Of a stretch of DNA of 64,000 bases, positions 28,989 to 39,202 are shown one piece after another. How positions within the stretch are numbered: position 1 is the first letter of the stretch; every line of letters begins with the position of its first letter. Both the position numbers and the translations under genes were made by a program. The DNA is from Saccharofermentans sp. (GTDB taxonomy: Bacteria > Bacillota > Clostridia > Saccharofermentanales > Saccharofermentanaceae), in assembly GCA_024683485.1 (NCBI GenBank), contig JAIKYD010000118.1, forward strand, positions 4,188 through 68,187, given 5' to 3'. A model generated the notes under the pieces. It made no database searches, had not been told where the DNA came from, and saw only the letters and a program-made list of their open reading frames with translations.

Positions 28989-31900
28989 ATGTTTAAATTC
29001 GCGAAAAGAGCAACCTCGGCAGTTATAGCAGGTGCAGTTGTATTCGGTACATTGGCGTTCGTTCCTGTAGGGGAGAAGCAAAAAGTAAATGCCGCAACCC
29101 TTTATGATTCAGCCAGTGCGATCAACTACGCCACGATTTTGGGCGGCGCGGTCGACTACGGAATCGTAGCTGATTCTATTGAGCAGAAATCTCACATGGA
29201 GACATCTTTTGCGACAAATCATTTTACTAATAACTTAGGTTTTAATGATGATGTTGACTATATTGATTCAACTGCTTTATTCCTGATCAACGAATTGGAT
29301 AGTGGAAAACTCTACTTTGGTAAGACTACAGCCTCCTCGATTTATTTGGAAGGAAACCAAAGTGTTTTTGGAAGCACAGATCCCAGTGCAGCTAACTACT
29401 ATGATCCTGATTATCAGGTTCCTGCTGTTGGCGGTCAAAACGGAAATCTGGTTTTCGGTAACCAATATGGTAATGTTCCTGTTATTCAGGCAGTTAATCC
29501 TAATGCATATTCTAATGTCAACAGACTTATAAACAGAATTAGTACAAAGGGAACGGTTGAGGATTCCGAGAACGGCTGGTCGTATTTTATCAGCGATAGA
29601 GCAAATGATGATAGTTATGCTCTTGATCTCAGCGGAGATGACATGAATGAAATGCCGCTTATTTCCTATGATGGTGATGCGCATGCCACTATAAATTTGA
29701 CCTCAAGCGAATTTGACGGAAAAGTTGTCTATATAAATATTGATAAGAATCATAATTCCAATCTCGTTAATTATCTTGGCAAGAGCAGCGGTCTTATTAT
29801 TGATAAGAATGAATCTTCTGTTGTAGTTTTCAATATTGAAGATGATGCAGTTTCAGGTTCCAAACTCGTAATGGAGAAGCCTGTAGTCAGATGTAACGGT
29901 AAGAATCATGTAGGTACAACTGCTATCAACGGCGACAGGGAAAATGATAATTACGATGAAAACCATGGCGTTAAAGCTGCTGATGTTCAGCGCGTGTTCA
30001 ACCAGACTGTTGTTTGGAATGTAATGACTTCAAAGAATGTTGAGATCGTAAGCATGGGCGGAACAATGCTCTTCCCGTTAGCTCCGGTTGTAGATGTTTC
30101 AAGAGGTAATACCAGCGGTTGGATAGTTGCCAAAGGCAAGGTTAATGTTAATTGTGAATTCCACTTCTTATATGGTGATTCAAGTAAGGATCTGAAAGGC
30201 GAGATGCATTTTGCCCTTACTAAATCTTTCACCAAGAATTATGCCGCTCACGGAAGTGTTCTGCAGGAAACATCTGTAGCTATTCCCGAGGATACCTATC
30301 AGTTCTCGTTTGAAGAGTATGTTGAACCTGCAGAAGTCCGTGGAGATCTGGTAACCCTTTATCCAAAGGGAGAGAGTCAGACGGATAAGTTTGCGACATC
30401 CAATGGTGCTGTAACTTTTGATTCAATCAGATTTACATGTGAAGATGATTCTGATTCTCATTACAATGTTCCCAAGGGAACAGATAAGATGTTCTATTTC
30501 AAGATCAAAGAGAATGCGGCAGCAGGCACCCATAATGTTTCCACCTCTGATCACCGTCAAGTTACTGATTCAGACGGATATATTGATATTAGACTTAAAG
30601 TTTCTGTTGATTCCAAAGGCAATTTCACATACTTTGTTGACTATAAGTCTGTATCCGGTGACGGTGTTGTATTCAGGGAATATGGCGCAGACTATGATGA
30701 TAAGACCAATCCGGCTAACAATCCCGGCTACATAAAGATGTCCGGCGTACAGTTTGACCTTGGTGCTTTCTATAATAAGGTTGCTGATCTGGATCAGGAT
30801 TATCTTGACATCACCAAGACTGTAGGCGGCGATGTTGACGAGAACGATCTTAAGAATCTTACATTCAAGCTTTATGAGATCGTACAAGACGATAATGGTA
30901 AAGATATAAAGAAGCTTGTTGCTGAATATATTTTTGGAAAAGATTTTGAAGAGACATCAGCAGGTTCGAAGAAGTATGCACTTAAAGTAAAATATGCTGC
31001 TGACAAATCCAAGAAATATCTTGTTGAAGAGAGCAATGTCGATGTTAATAACCGTACGGTAACTGTATCATATCAGCTTCCAGGCGGTACTGTGACAGAT
31101 ATAAACGGATTGGCTTTAGGCGATCAGTCGGTAATTTATGAGTCTAGTCAATTCTCTTTGGATACCAATATTTCTTATCCGGCCAATAATCCTTATGAAG
31201 TTGCATTTACTAATGATTACGAGAATATCATTGGTGAGTTGAAGGTTAAAAAAGAACTGGAAGGTGTTCCTGCTGCTGATTATGCTGATAAGGAATTTAA
31301 GTTCACTGTTAAAACAGGAAACGGACCAATGACTCAATATGTTCAGGCAGACGGAAAACTCGGGAATAAGCCTTATGAGTTTACTGTTACACCCGGTACT
31401 GTTTGCAGAGTGCCCATTGATTCTTCTGTTTTCGGAAAATTACTTAGTGTAACTGAAGTCGGAACTGGCAGAGAAATCGAAGGTTATCAGTTTGTTAACC
31501 GGTTTGATAATCCTTCATATACTTACTCTAAACCTCGTTTTGATTTTGGTGCTTATGGTACTTCGGTAGATAATAAAGATGAAGATGTAAAAGTTACTAT
31601 TAAAAACAAGTATATGAAGGACTCTGGTTCAATAGTTATAACCAAGACGATCGAAGGGCCTGTAACCGATAAGGATATTAATGGACTGACCTTTGAAGTA
31701 TATAAAGATGGTGCCGAAAAAGCGGTATGGACTGGTGCACTCGGTGATATTACCGGTACATCACGAAAGTTCAGCGTTGACGATATTGGCAAGTATACTT
31801 CTGAACAGATTTGGGTTGAAGAAGGAAACTACTATGTTGTTGAGAAGCTGACAACTGATGCAGGTACTGTTAAGGTCTCATATAAGATCAAGTATGATAA

Positions 31901-34900
31901 TGGCACTCTGACTGAGGATTATGAGAAGAAGACCGTAACAACAGAGGCTGTATCTGTTAAGAAGAATAGTGAATTGAAGCTTGATTTCACTAACACTTAT
32001 ACTGGCGGAAGTTTGGTTATCAACAAAGCTTTAGAAGGTGCAGCTTCTGTAACCAGTTTCCCTGTTACAGTTATGGGTGCTGATGGAATCTATTATGATA
32101 AAAACGGCAAACCTCAGGGCACTTCCATTAAAGAGGAAGCAATTATCTATGTCCCCAATAATAGTTTTGTTTTAGTAAATAATCTTCCTATTCAGAAATA
32201 TACGGTTTCTGAGGTTGATCCTGAAACACTTAATGCTAAGGGATATAGATTCTCTGTAGCAGATTCCAAGACTGAAGAAGAGGCAACTCTTATTGTTGGT
32301 GCTACACCGGAAGTTAACCTTAAGAATGTTTATAAGGTATTTATCGATATCACAAAGACATTTGGCGGCGATATTACCGGAGAAGACTTCGATAATCTTA
32401 CATTCGAACTTTTCGAAGAGGGTAATGATACAGCAGTTAAGAAATACACACTCAAAGATGACTTTACAGAAATATCAGAGGGTGTTTATGCTCTGACTGA
32501 GAAGTATAAAGCAGATGCTACAAAGAAATATTATGTCAAAGAATCTAATTATGATGTAAATGCAAACAAGAGTGTAAGCATTACATATAAGATTGATGGC
32601 GGAAAAGTGCAAGAGGGCTCTACTACCGAAAGCTTTGCTATTGCTCCGAGTACGACTGGTGCAGATGATCTCGTTGTAGCATTTACGAACGAGTACACTA
32701 AGAAGGGCGCACTCATTATCAGCAAGACGATCAGCGATGCTGAACTTAATGAATTTGAGAAATTGAGTTTCTCAATAGTTAATGCAAATAACAGCAAAGA
32801 CACGATTGATGTTGATGATCTTACGATAGAAAATGTTAAGGCAGGCACAGCTACAAATGAGTGGCATGTATCAGCAGACGGTAAGACATATACTTACAGG
32901 ATCGAAGGACTTAAAGCAGGCGAGACTTATATTGTAAAAGAGACTTATGACGGAACCGGCGACAGCACAACTTACAAACTTGACTCTTCAAGTGTAAAAC
33001 AGATTGAGAAGACGATCGTTGCCGGCGGTGAAGTAAAGGCTGAACTTACTGACAAGTATGTTAAGAATCCAGGTTCGCTCATCATCAGCAAGACGATCAG
33101 CGGAGCTGAACTGAAAGACTTCGAGAAACTGTCATTCACAGTTGTCAACAAGGCAGACAGTTCTGATTCCATCAAGGTTGATGACCTTACAACAGCGAAT
33201 GTTAAGTCAGGAACAGCAACAAAGCAGTGGCATGTATCTGCAGACGGCAAGACATACACATATGAGATTGACGGCTTAGAAGCAGGCAAGACCTATGTTG
33301 TAAAAGAGACCTACGACGGAACCGATGACTGCACAACTTATGAGCTTGACTCTTCAAGTGTAAAGAACGATGAGAAGACGATCGTAGCTGGCGGTGAAGT
33401 AAAGGCTGAACTTACGGATACATATAATAAGAATCCGGGCGTACTCATCATCAGTAAGACGATTAGCATTGCAACGCTTGCAGATTTTGAGAAACTTACA
33501 TTTACAGTAGTCAACAAGGCAGACAGCGATGATTACATCAAGGTTGATGACCTTACAACAGAAAATGTTAAGTCTGGTACAGCTGCAGAGGAGTGGCATG
33601 TATCTGCTGACGGAAAGACTTATACATACAGGATCGAAGGTCTTGAAGCAGACAAGACCTATATAGTAACGGAGACCTATGACGGAACCGGTGACAGCAC
33701 AACATACAAACTTGACTCTTCAAGTGTAAAGAACGCTGAGAAGACGATCGTAGCCGGCGGTGAAGTTAAGGCTGAACTTACTGACAAGTATGTTAAGAAT
33801 CCAGGTTCGCTCATCATCAGCAAGACGATCAGCGGAGCTGAACTTGAAGATTTTGAGAAACTTACATTCACAGTAGTCAATAAGGCAGACAGCAAGGATT
33901 CCATCAAGGTTGATGACCTTACAACAGCGAATGTTAAGTCAGGCACAGCTGCAAATGAGTGGCATGTATCTGATGACGGAAAGACTTATACATATAGGAT
34001 TGATAACCTTGAAGCAGGCAAGACCTATGTTGTAAAAGAGACCTACGACGGAACCGGCGACAGCACGACTTATGAACTTGATTCATCAAGTAAAAAACAG
34101 ACTGAGAAGACGATCGTAGCCGGCGGCGAAGTAAAGGCTGAACTCACTGACAAGTATGTTAAGAATCCTGGTTCGCTCATCATTAGCAAGACGATCAGCG
34201 GAGCTGACCTTGAAGACTTCGAGAAACTTACATTCACAGTAGTCAATAAGGCAGACAGTTCTGATTCCATCAAGGTTGATGATCTTACAACTGCAAATGT
34301 AAAGACAGGAACAGCAACAAAGCAGTGGCATGTATCAGCAGACGGCAAGACTTATACATATAAGATTGACGGTCTGGATGCGGGCAAGACCTATGTCGTA
34401 ACAGAGACTTACGACGGTACCGGCGACAGCACGACTTACGAGCTCGACTCTTCAAGTAAAAAAGAGGCTGAGAAGACGATCGTAGCCGGCGGCGAAGTAA
34501 AGGCTGAACTCACTGACAAGTATGTTAAGAATCCTGGTTCGCTCATCATCAGCAAGACGATCAGTGGAGCTGACCTTGAAGACTTTGAGAAACTTACATT
34601 TACAGTAGTCAACAAGGCAGACAGCTCTGATTCCATCAAGGTTGATGACCTTACAACAGCGAATGTTAAGTCAGGCACAGCTGCAAAGGAGTGGCATGTA
34701 TCTGCTGACGGAAAGACTTATACATATAGGATTGATAACCTTGAAGCAGGCAAGACTTATGTTGTAACGGAGACCTATGACGGAACCGGTGACAGCACGA
34801 CTTATGAGCTTGACTCTTCAAGTGTAAAGAAGGGTGAGAAGACAATCGTAGCCGGTGGTGAAGTTAAGGCTGAACTGACAGATAAGTACAACAAGAAGGT

Positions 34901-36113
34901 AACACCTGTCGCAACCGGTTCACTGGTTATCAGCAAGACGATCAGCGGAGCTGACCTTGAAGACTTTGAGAAACTTACATTCACAGTAGTTAATAAGGCA
35001 GACAGTTCTGATTCCATCAAGGTTGATGACCTTACAACAGCGAATGTAAAGACAGGAACAGCAACAAAGCAGTGGCATGTATCAGCAGACGGCAAGACAT
35101 ATACATATGAGATTGACGGTCTGGATGCAGGCAAGACCTATGTTGTAACTGAGACCTATGACGGAACCGGCGACAGCACGACATACGAGCTTGACTCTTC
35201 AAGTGTAAAGAAGGGTGAGAAGAAGGTCGTAGCCGGAGGCGAAGTAACAGTTGAACTGACAGATAAGTACAACAATAAGGCAACGCCTACACCTACTAAT
35301 AAGGTAACGGCAACGCCTACACCTACTAACAAGCCAACGGCAACACCTACATCTGCAGGCAAGGCAACAGCGACGCCAACACCTACAGCTACAGCTACAG
35401 CTACACCTACATCTGCAGGTAAGGCAACAGCGACGCCAACACCTACAGCTACACCTACATCTGCAGGCAAGGCAACAGAGACGCCAACACCTACAGCTAC
35501 GGCAACCCCTACACCTGCGGGCAAGGCAACAGAGACGCCAACACCTACAGCTACGGCAACACCTACATCTGCTGGCAAGGCAACAGAAACGCCAACACCT
35601 ACACCTACCAGCGAGGTAACAGTAACACCTACGCCTACGAGCGAGGTAACAGTGACGCCTACACCTACAAGTGGTGAGGTAACAGTAACGCCTACACCTA
35701 CAGGTGAAACAACAGTAACACCTACACCCACAGGCGAGGTAACAGTAACGCCGACTCCGACTGAGGAACCTACACCTACTCCGACGGAAGAGCCTACGCC
35801 AACACCAACGGAAGAACCTACTCCGACGGAGACACCTGTTCCTACACCTACGGAGACTCCAGTTCCGACTCCGACTGAAACTCCGACACCTACACCTTCG
35901 GATGTTCCTTCGCCGACTCCGACTGATCCATCAACAGAGACACCTACACCTACGCCGACGGACACTGAGGTTATCTCTGCAAACCGTGAGAAGATTCCGG
36001 CTACAGGCGAACAGATGAGTTACTATGCTATAGCTGGTGTAATGCTGATCGGTATGTGTGCTGCAATACTTACCGGTTTGGGAGTCTATCGCAAGAAGAA
36101 GGATGAATTCTAA
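28989..36113 (+). CDS. Large sortase-anchored surface protein/adhesin (2374 aa)
   Basis: Signal peptide; choice-of-anchor-A-like N-terminal domain; CnaB/pilin-like Ig domains (L.I.KT...F.N.Y); 7 near-identical 122-aa repeats; Thr/Pro linker; IPATG + TM + RKKK sorting signal. Confidence 0.85.
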   Translation: MFKFAKRATSAVIAGAVVFGTLAFVPVGEKQKVNAATLYDSASAINYATILGGAVDYGIVADSIEQKSHMETSFATNHFTNNLGFNDDVDYIDSTALFLINELDSGKLYFGKTTASSIYLEGNQSVFGSTDPSAANYYDPDYQVPAVGGQNGNLVFGNQYGNVPVIQAVNPNAYSNVNRLINRISTKGTVEDSENGWSYFISDRANDDSYALDLSGDDMNEMPLISYDGDAHATINLTSSEFDGKVVYINIDKNHNSNLVNYLGKSSGLIIDKNESSVVVFNIEDDAVSGSKLVMEKPVVRCNGKNHVGTTAINGDRENDNYDENHGVKAADVQRVFNQTVVWNVMTSKNVEIVSMGGTMLFPLAPVVDVSRGNTSGWIVAKGKVNVNCEFHFLYGDSSKDLKGEMHFALTKSFTKNYAAHGSVLQETSVAIPEDTYQFSFEEYVEPAEVRGDLVTLYPKGESQTDKFATSNGAVTFDSIRFTCEDDSDSHYNVPKGTDKMFYFKIKENAAAGTHNVSTSDHRQVTDSDGYIDIRLKVSVDSKGNFTYFVDYKSVSGDGVVFREYGADYDDKTNPANNPGYIKMSGVQFDLGAFYNKVADLDQDYLDITKTVGGDVDENDLKNLTFKLYEIVQDDNGKDIKKLVAEYIFGKDFEETSAGSKKYALKVKYAADKSKKYLVEESNVDVNNRTVTVSYQLPGGTVTDINGLALGDQSVIYESSQFSLDTNISYPANNPYEVAFTNDYENIIGELKVKKELEGVPAADYADKEFKFTVKTGNGPMTQYVQADGKLGNKPYEFTVTPGTVCRVPIDSSVFGKLLSVTEVGTGREIEGYQFVNRFDNPSYTYSKPRFDFGAYGTSVDNKDEDVKVTIKNKYMKDSGSIVITKTIEGPVTDKDINGLTFEVYKDGAEKAVWTGALGDITGTSRKFSVDDIGKYTSEQIWVEEGNYYVVEKLTTDAGTVKVSYKIKYDNGTLTEDYEKKTVTTEAVSVKKNSELKLDFTNTYTGGSLVINKALEGAASVTSFPVTVMGADGIYYDKNGKPQGTSIKEEAIIYVPNNSFVLVNNLPIQKYTVSEVDPETLNAKGYRFSVADSKTEEEATLIVGATPEVNLKNVYKVFIDITKTFGGDITGEDFDNLTFELFEEGNDTAVKKYTLKDDFTEISEGVYALTEKYKADATKKYYVKESNYDVNANKSVSITYKIDGGKVQEGSTTESFAIAPSTTGADDLVVAFTNEYTKKGALIISKTISDAELNEFEKLSFSIVNANNSKDTIDVDDLTIENVKAGTATNEWHVSADGKTYTYRIEGLKAGETYIVKETYDGTGDSTTYKLDSSSVKQIEKTIVAGGEVKAELTDKYVKNPGSLIISKTISGAELKDFEKLSFTVVNKADSSDSIKVDDLTTANVKSGTATKQWHVSADGKTYTYEIDGLEAGKTYVVKETYDGTDDCTTYELDSSSVKNDEKTIVAGGEVKAELTDTYNKNPGVLIISKTISIATLADFEKLTFTVVNKADSDDYIKVDDLTTENVKSGTAAEEWHVSADGKTYTYRIEGLEADKTYIVTETYDGTGDSTTYKLDSSSVKNAEKTIVAGGEVKAELTDKYVKNPGSLIISKTISGAELEDFEKLTFTVVNKADSKDSIKVDDLTTANVKSGTAANEWHVSDDGKTYTYRIDNLEAGKTYVVKETYDGTGDSTTYELDSSSKKQTEKTIVAGGEVKAELTDKYVKNPGSLIISKTISGADLEDFEKLTFTVVNKADSSDSIKVDDLTTANVKTGTATKQWHVSADGKTYTYKIDGLDAGKTYVVTETYDGTGDSTTYELDSSSKKEAEKTIVAGGEVKAELTDKYVKNPGSLIISKTISGADLEDFEKLTFTVVNKADSSDSIKVDDLTTANVKSGTAAKEWHVSADGKTYTYRIDNLEAGKTYVVTETYDGTGDSTTYELDSSSVKKGEKTIVAGGEVKAELTDKYNKKVTPVATGSLVISKTISGADLEDFEKLTFTVVNKADSSDSIKVDDLTTANVKTGTATKQWHVSADGKTYTYEIDGLDAGKTYVVTETYDGTGDSTTYELDSSSVKKGEKKVVAGGEVTVELTDKYNNKATPTPTNKVTATPTPTNKPTATPTSAGKATATPTPTATATATPTSAGKATATPTPTATPTSAGKATETPTPTATATPTPAGKATETPTPTATATPTSAGKATETPTPTPTSEVTVTPTPTSEVTVTPTPTSGEVTVTPTPTGETTVTPTPTGEVTVTPTPTEEPTPTPTEEPTPTPTEEPTPTETPVPTPTETPVPTPTETPTPTPSDVPSPTPTDPSTETPTPTPTDTEVISANREKIPATGEQMSYYAIAGVMLIGMCAAILTGLGVYRKKKDEF
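32706..35275 (+). repeat. Seven tandem ~366-bp intragenic repeats (122-aa Ig-like units)
   Basis: GxLIISKTIS units start at about 32706, 33072, 33438, 33804, 34170, 34536 and 34917. Confidence 0.9.
35277..35965 (+). repeat. Low-complexity (TP)n linker repeats
   Basis: KATATPTPT / EVTVTPTPT / EEPTPTPT arrays. Confidence 0.9.
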
Positions 36114-36140
36114 TCCGGATTCTGAAAATAACTGAAATGG

Positions 36141-36171
36141 AGGCTGTCACAATAATGTGACGGCCTCTTTC
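36141..36171 (+). terminator. Intrinsic terminator after the adhesin gene
   Basis: GAGGCTGTCAC-AATAAT-GTGACGGCCTC-TTT. Confidence 0.75.
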
Positions 36172-36295
36172 AGTTAATAACATTTATAGCAGGATAGAAT
36201 ACTTGCTTTTGGTCTCAATTGATCTTTTCGACATGTCCGGGACCAATTCAATCAGCCGGGTATTATTTTTTTACTCATTTGAAAACCGAAAAATT

Positions 36296-36327
36296 AAAAA
36301 GAGGCTGCCATAATGACAACCTCTTTT
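36296..36327 (-). terminator. Terminator of tRNA-Leu
   Basis: AAAAAGAGGCTGCCA-TAA-TGACAACCTCTTTT immediately 3' of the tRNA. Confidence 0.65.
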
Positions 36328-36330
36328 AAT

Positions 36331-36415
36331 TGGTGCGGCCGACGAGACTTGAACTCGTATGGAGTTACCCACACGCCCCTCAAACGTGCGCGTCTGCCAG
36401 TTCCGCCACGGCCGC
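36331..36415 (-). tRNA. tRNA-Leu(GAG)
   Basis: Reverse complement GCGGCCGTGGCGGAACTGGCAGACGCGCACGTTTGAGGGGCGTG...GTTCAAGTC...CGGCCGCACCA; long variable arm; encoded CCA. Confidence 0.97.
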
Positions 36416-36443
36416 ATATGCCGCTTCAAAAGCAAGCCTTGTA

Positions 36444-36472
36444 ATTATAAAGTTTGGTGTTTTGAGTGTCAA
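36444..36472 (-). promoter_or_regulatory. Consensus sigma-A promoter of tRNA-Leu
   Basis: TTGACA-17 nt-TATAAT on the minus strand. Confidence 0.85.
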
Positions 36473-36529
36473 GTGTTATTTCTGAATTGGCTGAGAAAAA
36501 CTGAAACATCTCCTGGCTATTCAGAATAA

Positions 36530-37378
36530 TCAGTCAAATGAATCTTTTCTTCGTTCATAGTAGAACATAAATTGCTGCATAATTCCTGCTGTATCCGGAT
36601 AGGGCGAGCAGTCGAAATGCCCGCTGTAATATCTGTCTTCAATCCTTTTGATCCATACATCTACGGGGAATCTTCCGGTTCTTGCAAATGCGAAGAGCAT
36701 TATGCAGTTGGCAACCTTGGTGCCGACACCGTACATGCCGGTAAGTGCTTTGTAGAGATCGTTATCTGATAGTGAGGCTAATGATTCAGGATCGAGTTTT
36801 CCATTTGCAAATTCCTCTGCCGCCCTTGCAATGTAAGGAGCACGGTAACCAACGCCCGTGTTCTCAAGTTCACTGAATGGAAGAGCATTGAGTTCTTCAG
36901 GTGCAGGAAAAGCGTAATATTCTTTGCAAAGCGGTTCTACAAACGGATCACAGAGTTCAGGCACCGCGATCTTCCTGCCGCATAGTTTTGAGATCCGTTC
37001 AACAGAAGTTGTTATGGAAGGAATGGACCTTCTCTGGGATATGATATAACTTATCGTGGTCTCGAAAACATCCTGTTTAAGGATCCTTATTCCTTTTCCA
37101 AATTCAGCAGCTGCACTGAGGTAACGGTCGTTCTTATCTATGGAACTGACAATGGCTTCATAATTCCGGTCAAGGTCAAGATATCCTTTCCAGATACTGT
37201 TGAATTCCTTACCGGAGCAGGAGAATGCAAATGTATCCTTGCCTGTCTTTGCAATCTGAAGATATCTGCCGAAAGCTACCAGTTCGGCATGATCTTTGTC
37301 GATCATCTTTATTCTGAAGGCCTGACCTGAGTCTGCGACTTTCGCTAAGTCAAAGAACGGTATCTTAACGGTTACCAT
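36530..37378 (-). CDS. 8-oxoguanine DNA glycosylase (Ogg1-like, HhH-GPD)
   Basis: DSGQAFR, GIRILKQD, GYRAPYI, GVGTKVANC and FPVDVWI. Confidence 0.88.
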   Translation of the reverse strand: MVTVKIPFFDLAKVADSGQAFRIKMIDKDHAELVAFGRYLQIAKTGKDTFAFSCSGKEFNSIWKGYLDLDRNYEAIVSSIDKNDRYLSAAAEFGKGIRILKQDVFETTISYIISQRRSIPSITTSVERISKLCGRKIAVPELCDPFVEPLCKEYYAFPAPEELNALPFSELENTGVGYRAPYIARAAEEFANGKLDPESLASLSDNDLYKALTGMYGVGTKVANCIMLFAFARTGRFPVDVWIKRIEDRYYSGHFDCSPYPDTAGIMQQFMFYYERRKDSFD

Positions 37379-38591
37379 TGTTGTTTCCGCCCAACTTGAA
37401 ATAATTGCTTAATGTGCAGACGATAGCACCGTTATAAAGTTTTACGCGTTTGTCGGGTTTATATCCTGTGGCGTCTTCGAAGGCATTTTCCGGTGTAATA
37501 ACTGAGAGCCTGAGTCCCTTTTTGCAGAATCCTTCACGCGTAAGGTAAGTATGTCCTATCAGCCTGTAGATCTTGTCTGCATCCTCAGGTGTCATCAGAC
37601 GTCCTCCGTATGGCGGATTGGTGATCACGAGCTGACGGGGCAGAGAAGTGAGTTTCTCAAGGTATTCCGGAGTCATCTTGGCAGCATCAGCCAGTCTGAA
37701 CTTTGTAAGTTTGCCTACACCGGCAGCTTCCGAATTGCGTTTTGCCGATTCTATGGCTTTTGGATCTATATCAGAACCATAGAAGTAGCAATCATCCATA
37801 GGTTCCGTATCTTCATTGTCGAGGGCTTCCTGCAGAGCTATCCTGTATGGGTTCTTGCCGATGTAGGGAAGATCTTCATAAGCGTAGTGACGGTCCCGGC
37901 CAGGAGCTATACCGCACGCTGTTCTCGCGGCTTCTATTACGATTGTTCCGGATCCGCAGAATGGATCAACCAGAGCTTCGTTGCCATAAGGGCGGTATTT
38001 CGCGTATGTTATCATTCCTGATGCGAGAGTCTCTCTTATCGGAGCTTCATGTGTCAGGGGCCTGTATCCGCGTTTATGAAGTCCTGCGCCCGTTGTATCG
38101 ATCATGAAACGGCAAGTGTCGTTGACTATGCCGAACTGTATCTTAACTGTGCCCAGTTCTTCGTTCTCGCTGATAACTGTGCCGGCGGAAAGTCCTCTTG
38201 AGACAGCCAGACTTTCAGCTATGGCTTTTTTTGCCAGTTTCTGAAGGGCAGGTATTCCATAGAGTTTGGATTTTCGAGAGAAACCATTTACGATAAACGC
38301 CCAGTTGGCAGGAATATAATCTGACCATTTGATAGACCTGGTCCCCTCGAAAAAAGCATTGAAGTTTGTATCAGGATCATCTGAAGACCCGCAGATAAAC
38401 TCGCCAGTCTCGAAAAAAATGCGTTCAGCATGCCTGACCCACATATTCGCACGGGCAACATCCAGGAAATCGCCGTCAAGCGTAACCACGCCGTCATTTA
38501 CGGTTATCCTGTCTTTATCGTAACCCCTGTCAAGGAGGTCGCCCTTTGTGGGTGATTCTAGCCCGAATAGTGTTGTAATGATTATTTTCAT
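37365..38591 (-). CDS. THUMP-domain rRNA methyltransferase (RlmL/YpsC-like)
   Basis: LHKRGYR, APIRETLA, DPFCGSGT and TNPPYG. Confidence 0.9.
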   Translation of the reverse strand: MKIIITTLFGLESPTKGDLLDRGYDKDRITVNDGVVTLDGDFLDVARANMWVRHAERIFFETGEFICGSSDDPDTNFNAFFEGTRSIKWSDYIPANWAFIVNGFSRKSKLYGIPALQKLAKKAIAESLAVSRGLSAGTVISENEELGTVKIQFGIVNDTCRFMIDTTGAGLHKRGYRPLTHEAPIRETLASGMITYAKYRPYGNEALVDPFCGSGTIVIEAARTACGIAPGRDRHYAYEDLPYIGKNPYRIALQEALDNEDTEPMDDCYFYGSDIDPKAIESAKRNSEAAGVGKLTKFRLADAAKMTPEYLEKLTSLPRQLVITNPPYGGRLMTPEDADKIYRLIGHTYLTREGFCKKGLRLSVITPENAFEDATGYKPDKRVKLYNGAIVCTLSNYFKLGGNNNGNR

Positions 38592-39000
38592 AGGGAAAAG
38601 TATACCAAATATCAGTTCTTTTTACCTTCAATATATGGGATTTACAGGCAGAGAGAAAACGATTTTCCGCAATATAAATACAATTGGACAATCTACAAAA
38701 ATGTTCATAATGTGCATAACTTTGTTTATAACTATAAAAACAAACACTTCACTTCCGAAAGTGCCCAAACCCCTGATAAACATTGAATTTGACAATTTAT
38801 TACCGTTTGTTGACAAAACAATTACAGCATGTTAACGGAAACGTGAAAGTCAATAAACAAAGGCGTTTTGAGGGATATTGAAACTATGTTCTGAAAAGAG
38901 TGTCCACCGGAGAAATACAGTTAAAAATCGAAATTGCTACTTGACAAGGTATTTTGATAAGGAATTCACAATAGCAATTTTTGTATAGTTGCAACCATTG

Positions 39001-39166
39001 CAAGCAAGTTGCTCGTTAGTTTGTTATATTCCTTCGCTTCGCTCGGATATGTCAAACATCTCGCAACCCTTGTTTAGTGGAAGTTCATTTTTTGAAAGAT
39101 TTGGAGCAAGCTCCAATCTTCCAAAAAACTCACTTCCCCAAGCAAGTTGCTCGTTAGTTTGTTATA
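39001..39166. repeat. 28-bp direct repeat bounding a double-hairpin element
   Basis: CAAGCAAGTTGCTCGTTAGTTTGTTATA at 39001-39028 and 39139-39166; hairpins at 39001-39072 and 39079-39137. Confidence 0.8.
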
Positions 39167-39202
39167 ATCTTGCGGTAAGAAAAAATGTAACAGGAGGATC
39201 AT

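Noticed and set aside
35156-35965. 269-aa Val/Gly-rich minus-strand ORF and repeated antisense ORFs at 32972-35134
   Set aside because: Antisense shadows of the Thr/Pro linker and tandem repeats.
28989-36415. Genomic island integrated at the tRNA-Leu 3' end
   Set aside because: No integrase and no duplicated tRNA 3' end (att) seen.
38700-38728. dif site
   Set aside because: The left half resembles a XerC arm (CATAATGT), but the conserved XerD arm TTATGTTAAA is absent.
39001-39166. CRISPR array or T-box leader for proA
   Set aside because: Only two repeats with a 110-bp self-complementary interval and no cas genes; no T-box GGTGGNACC motif.
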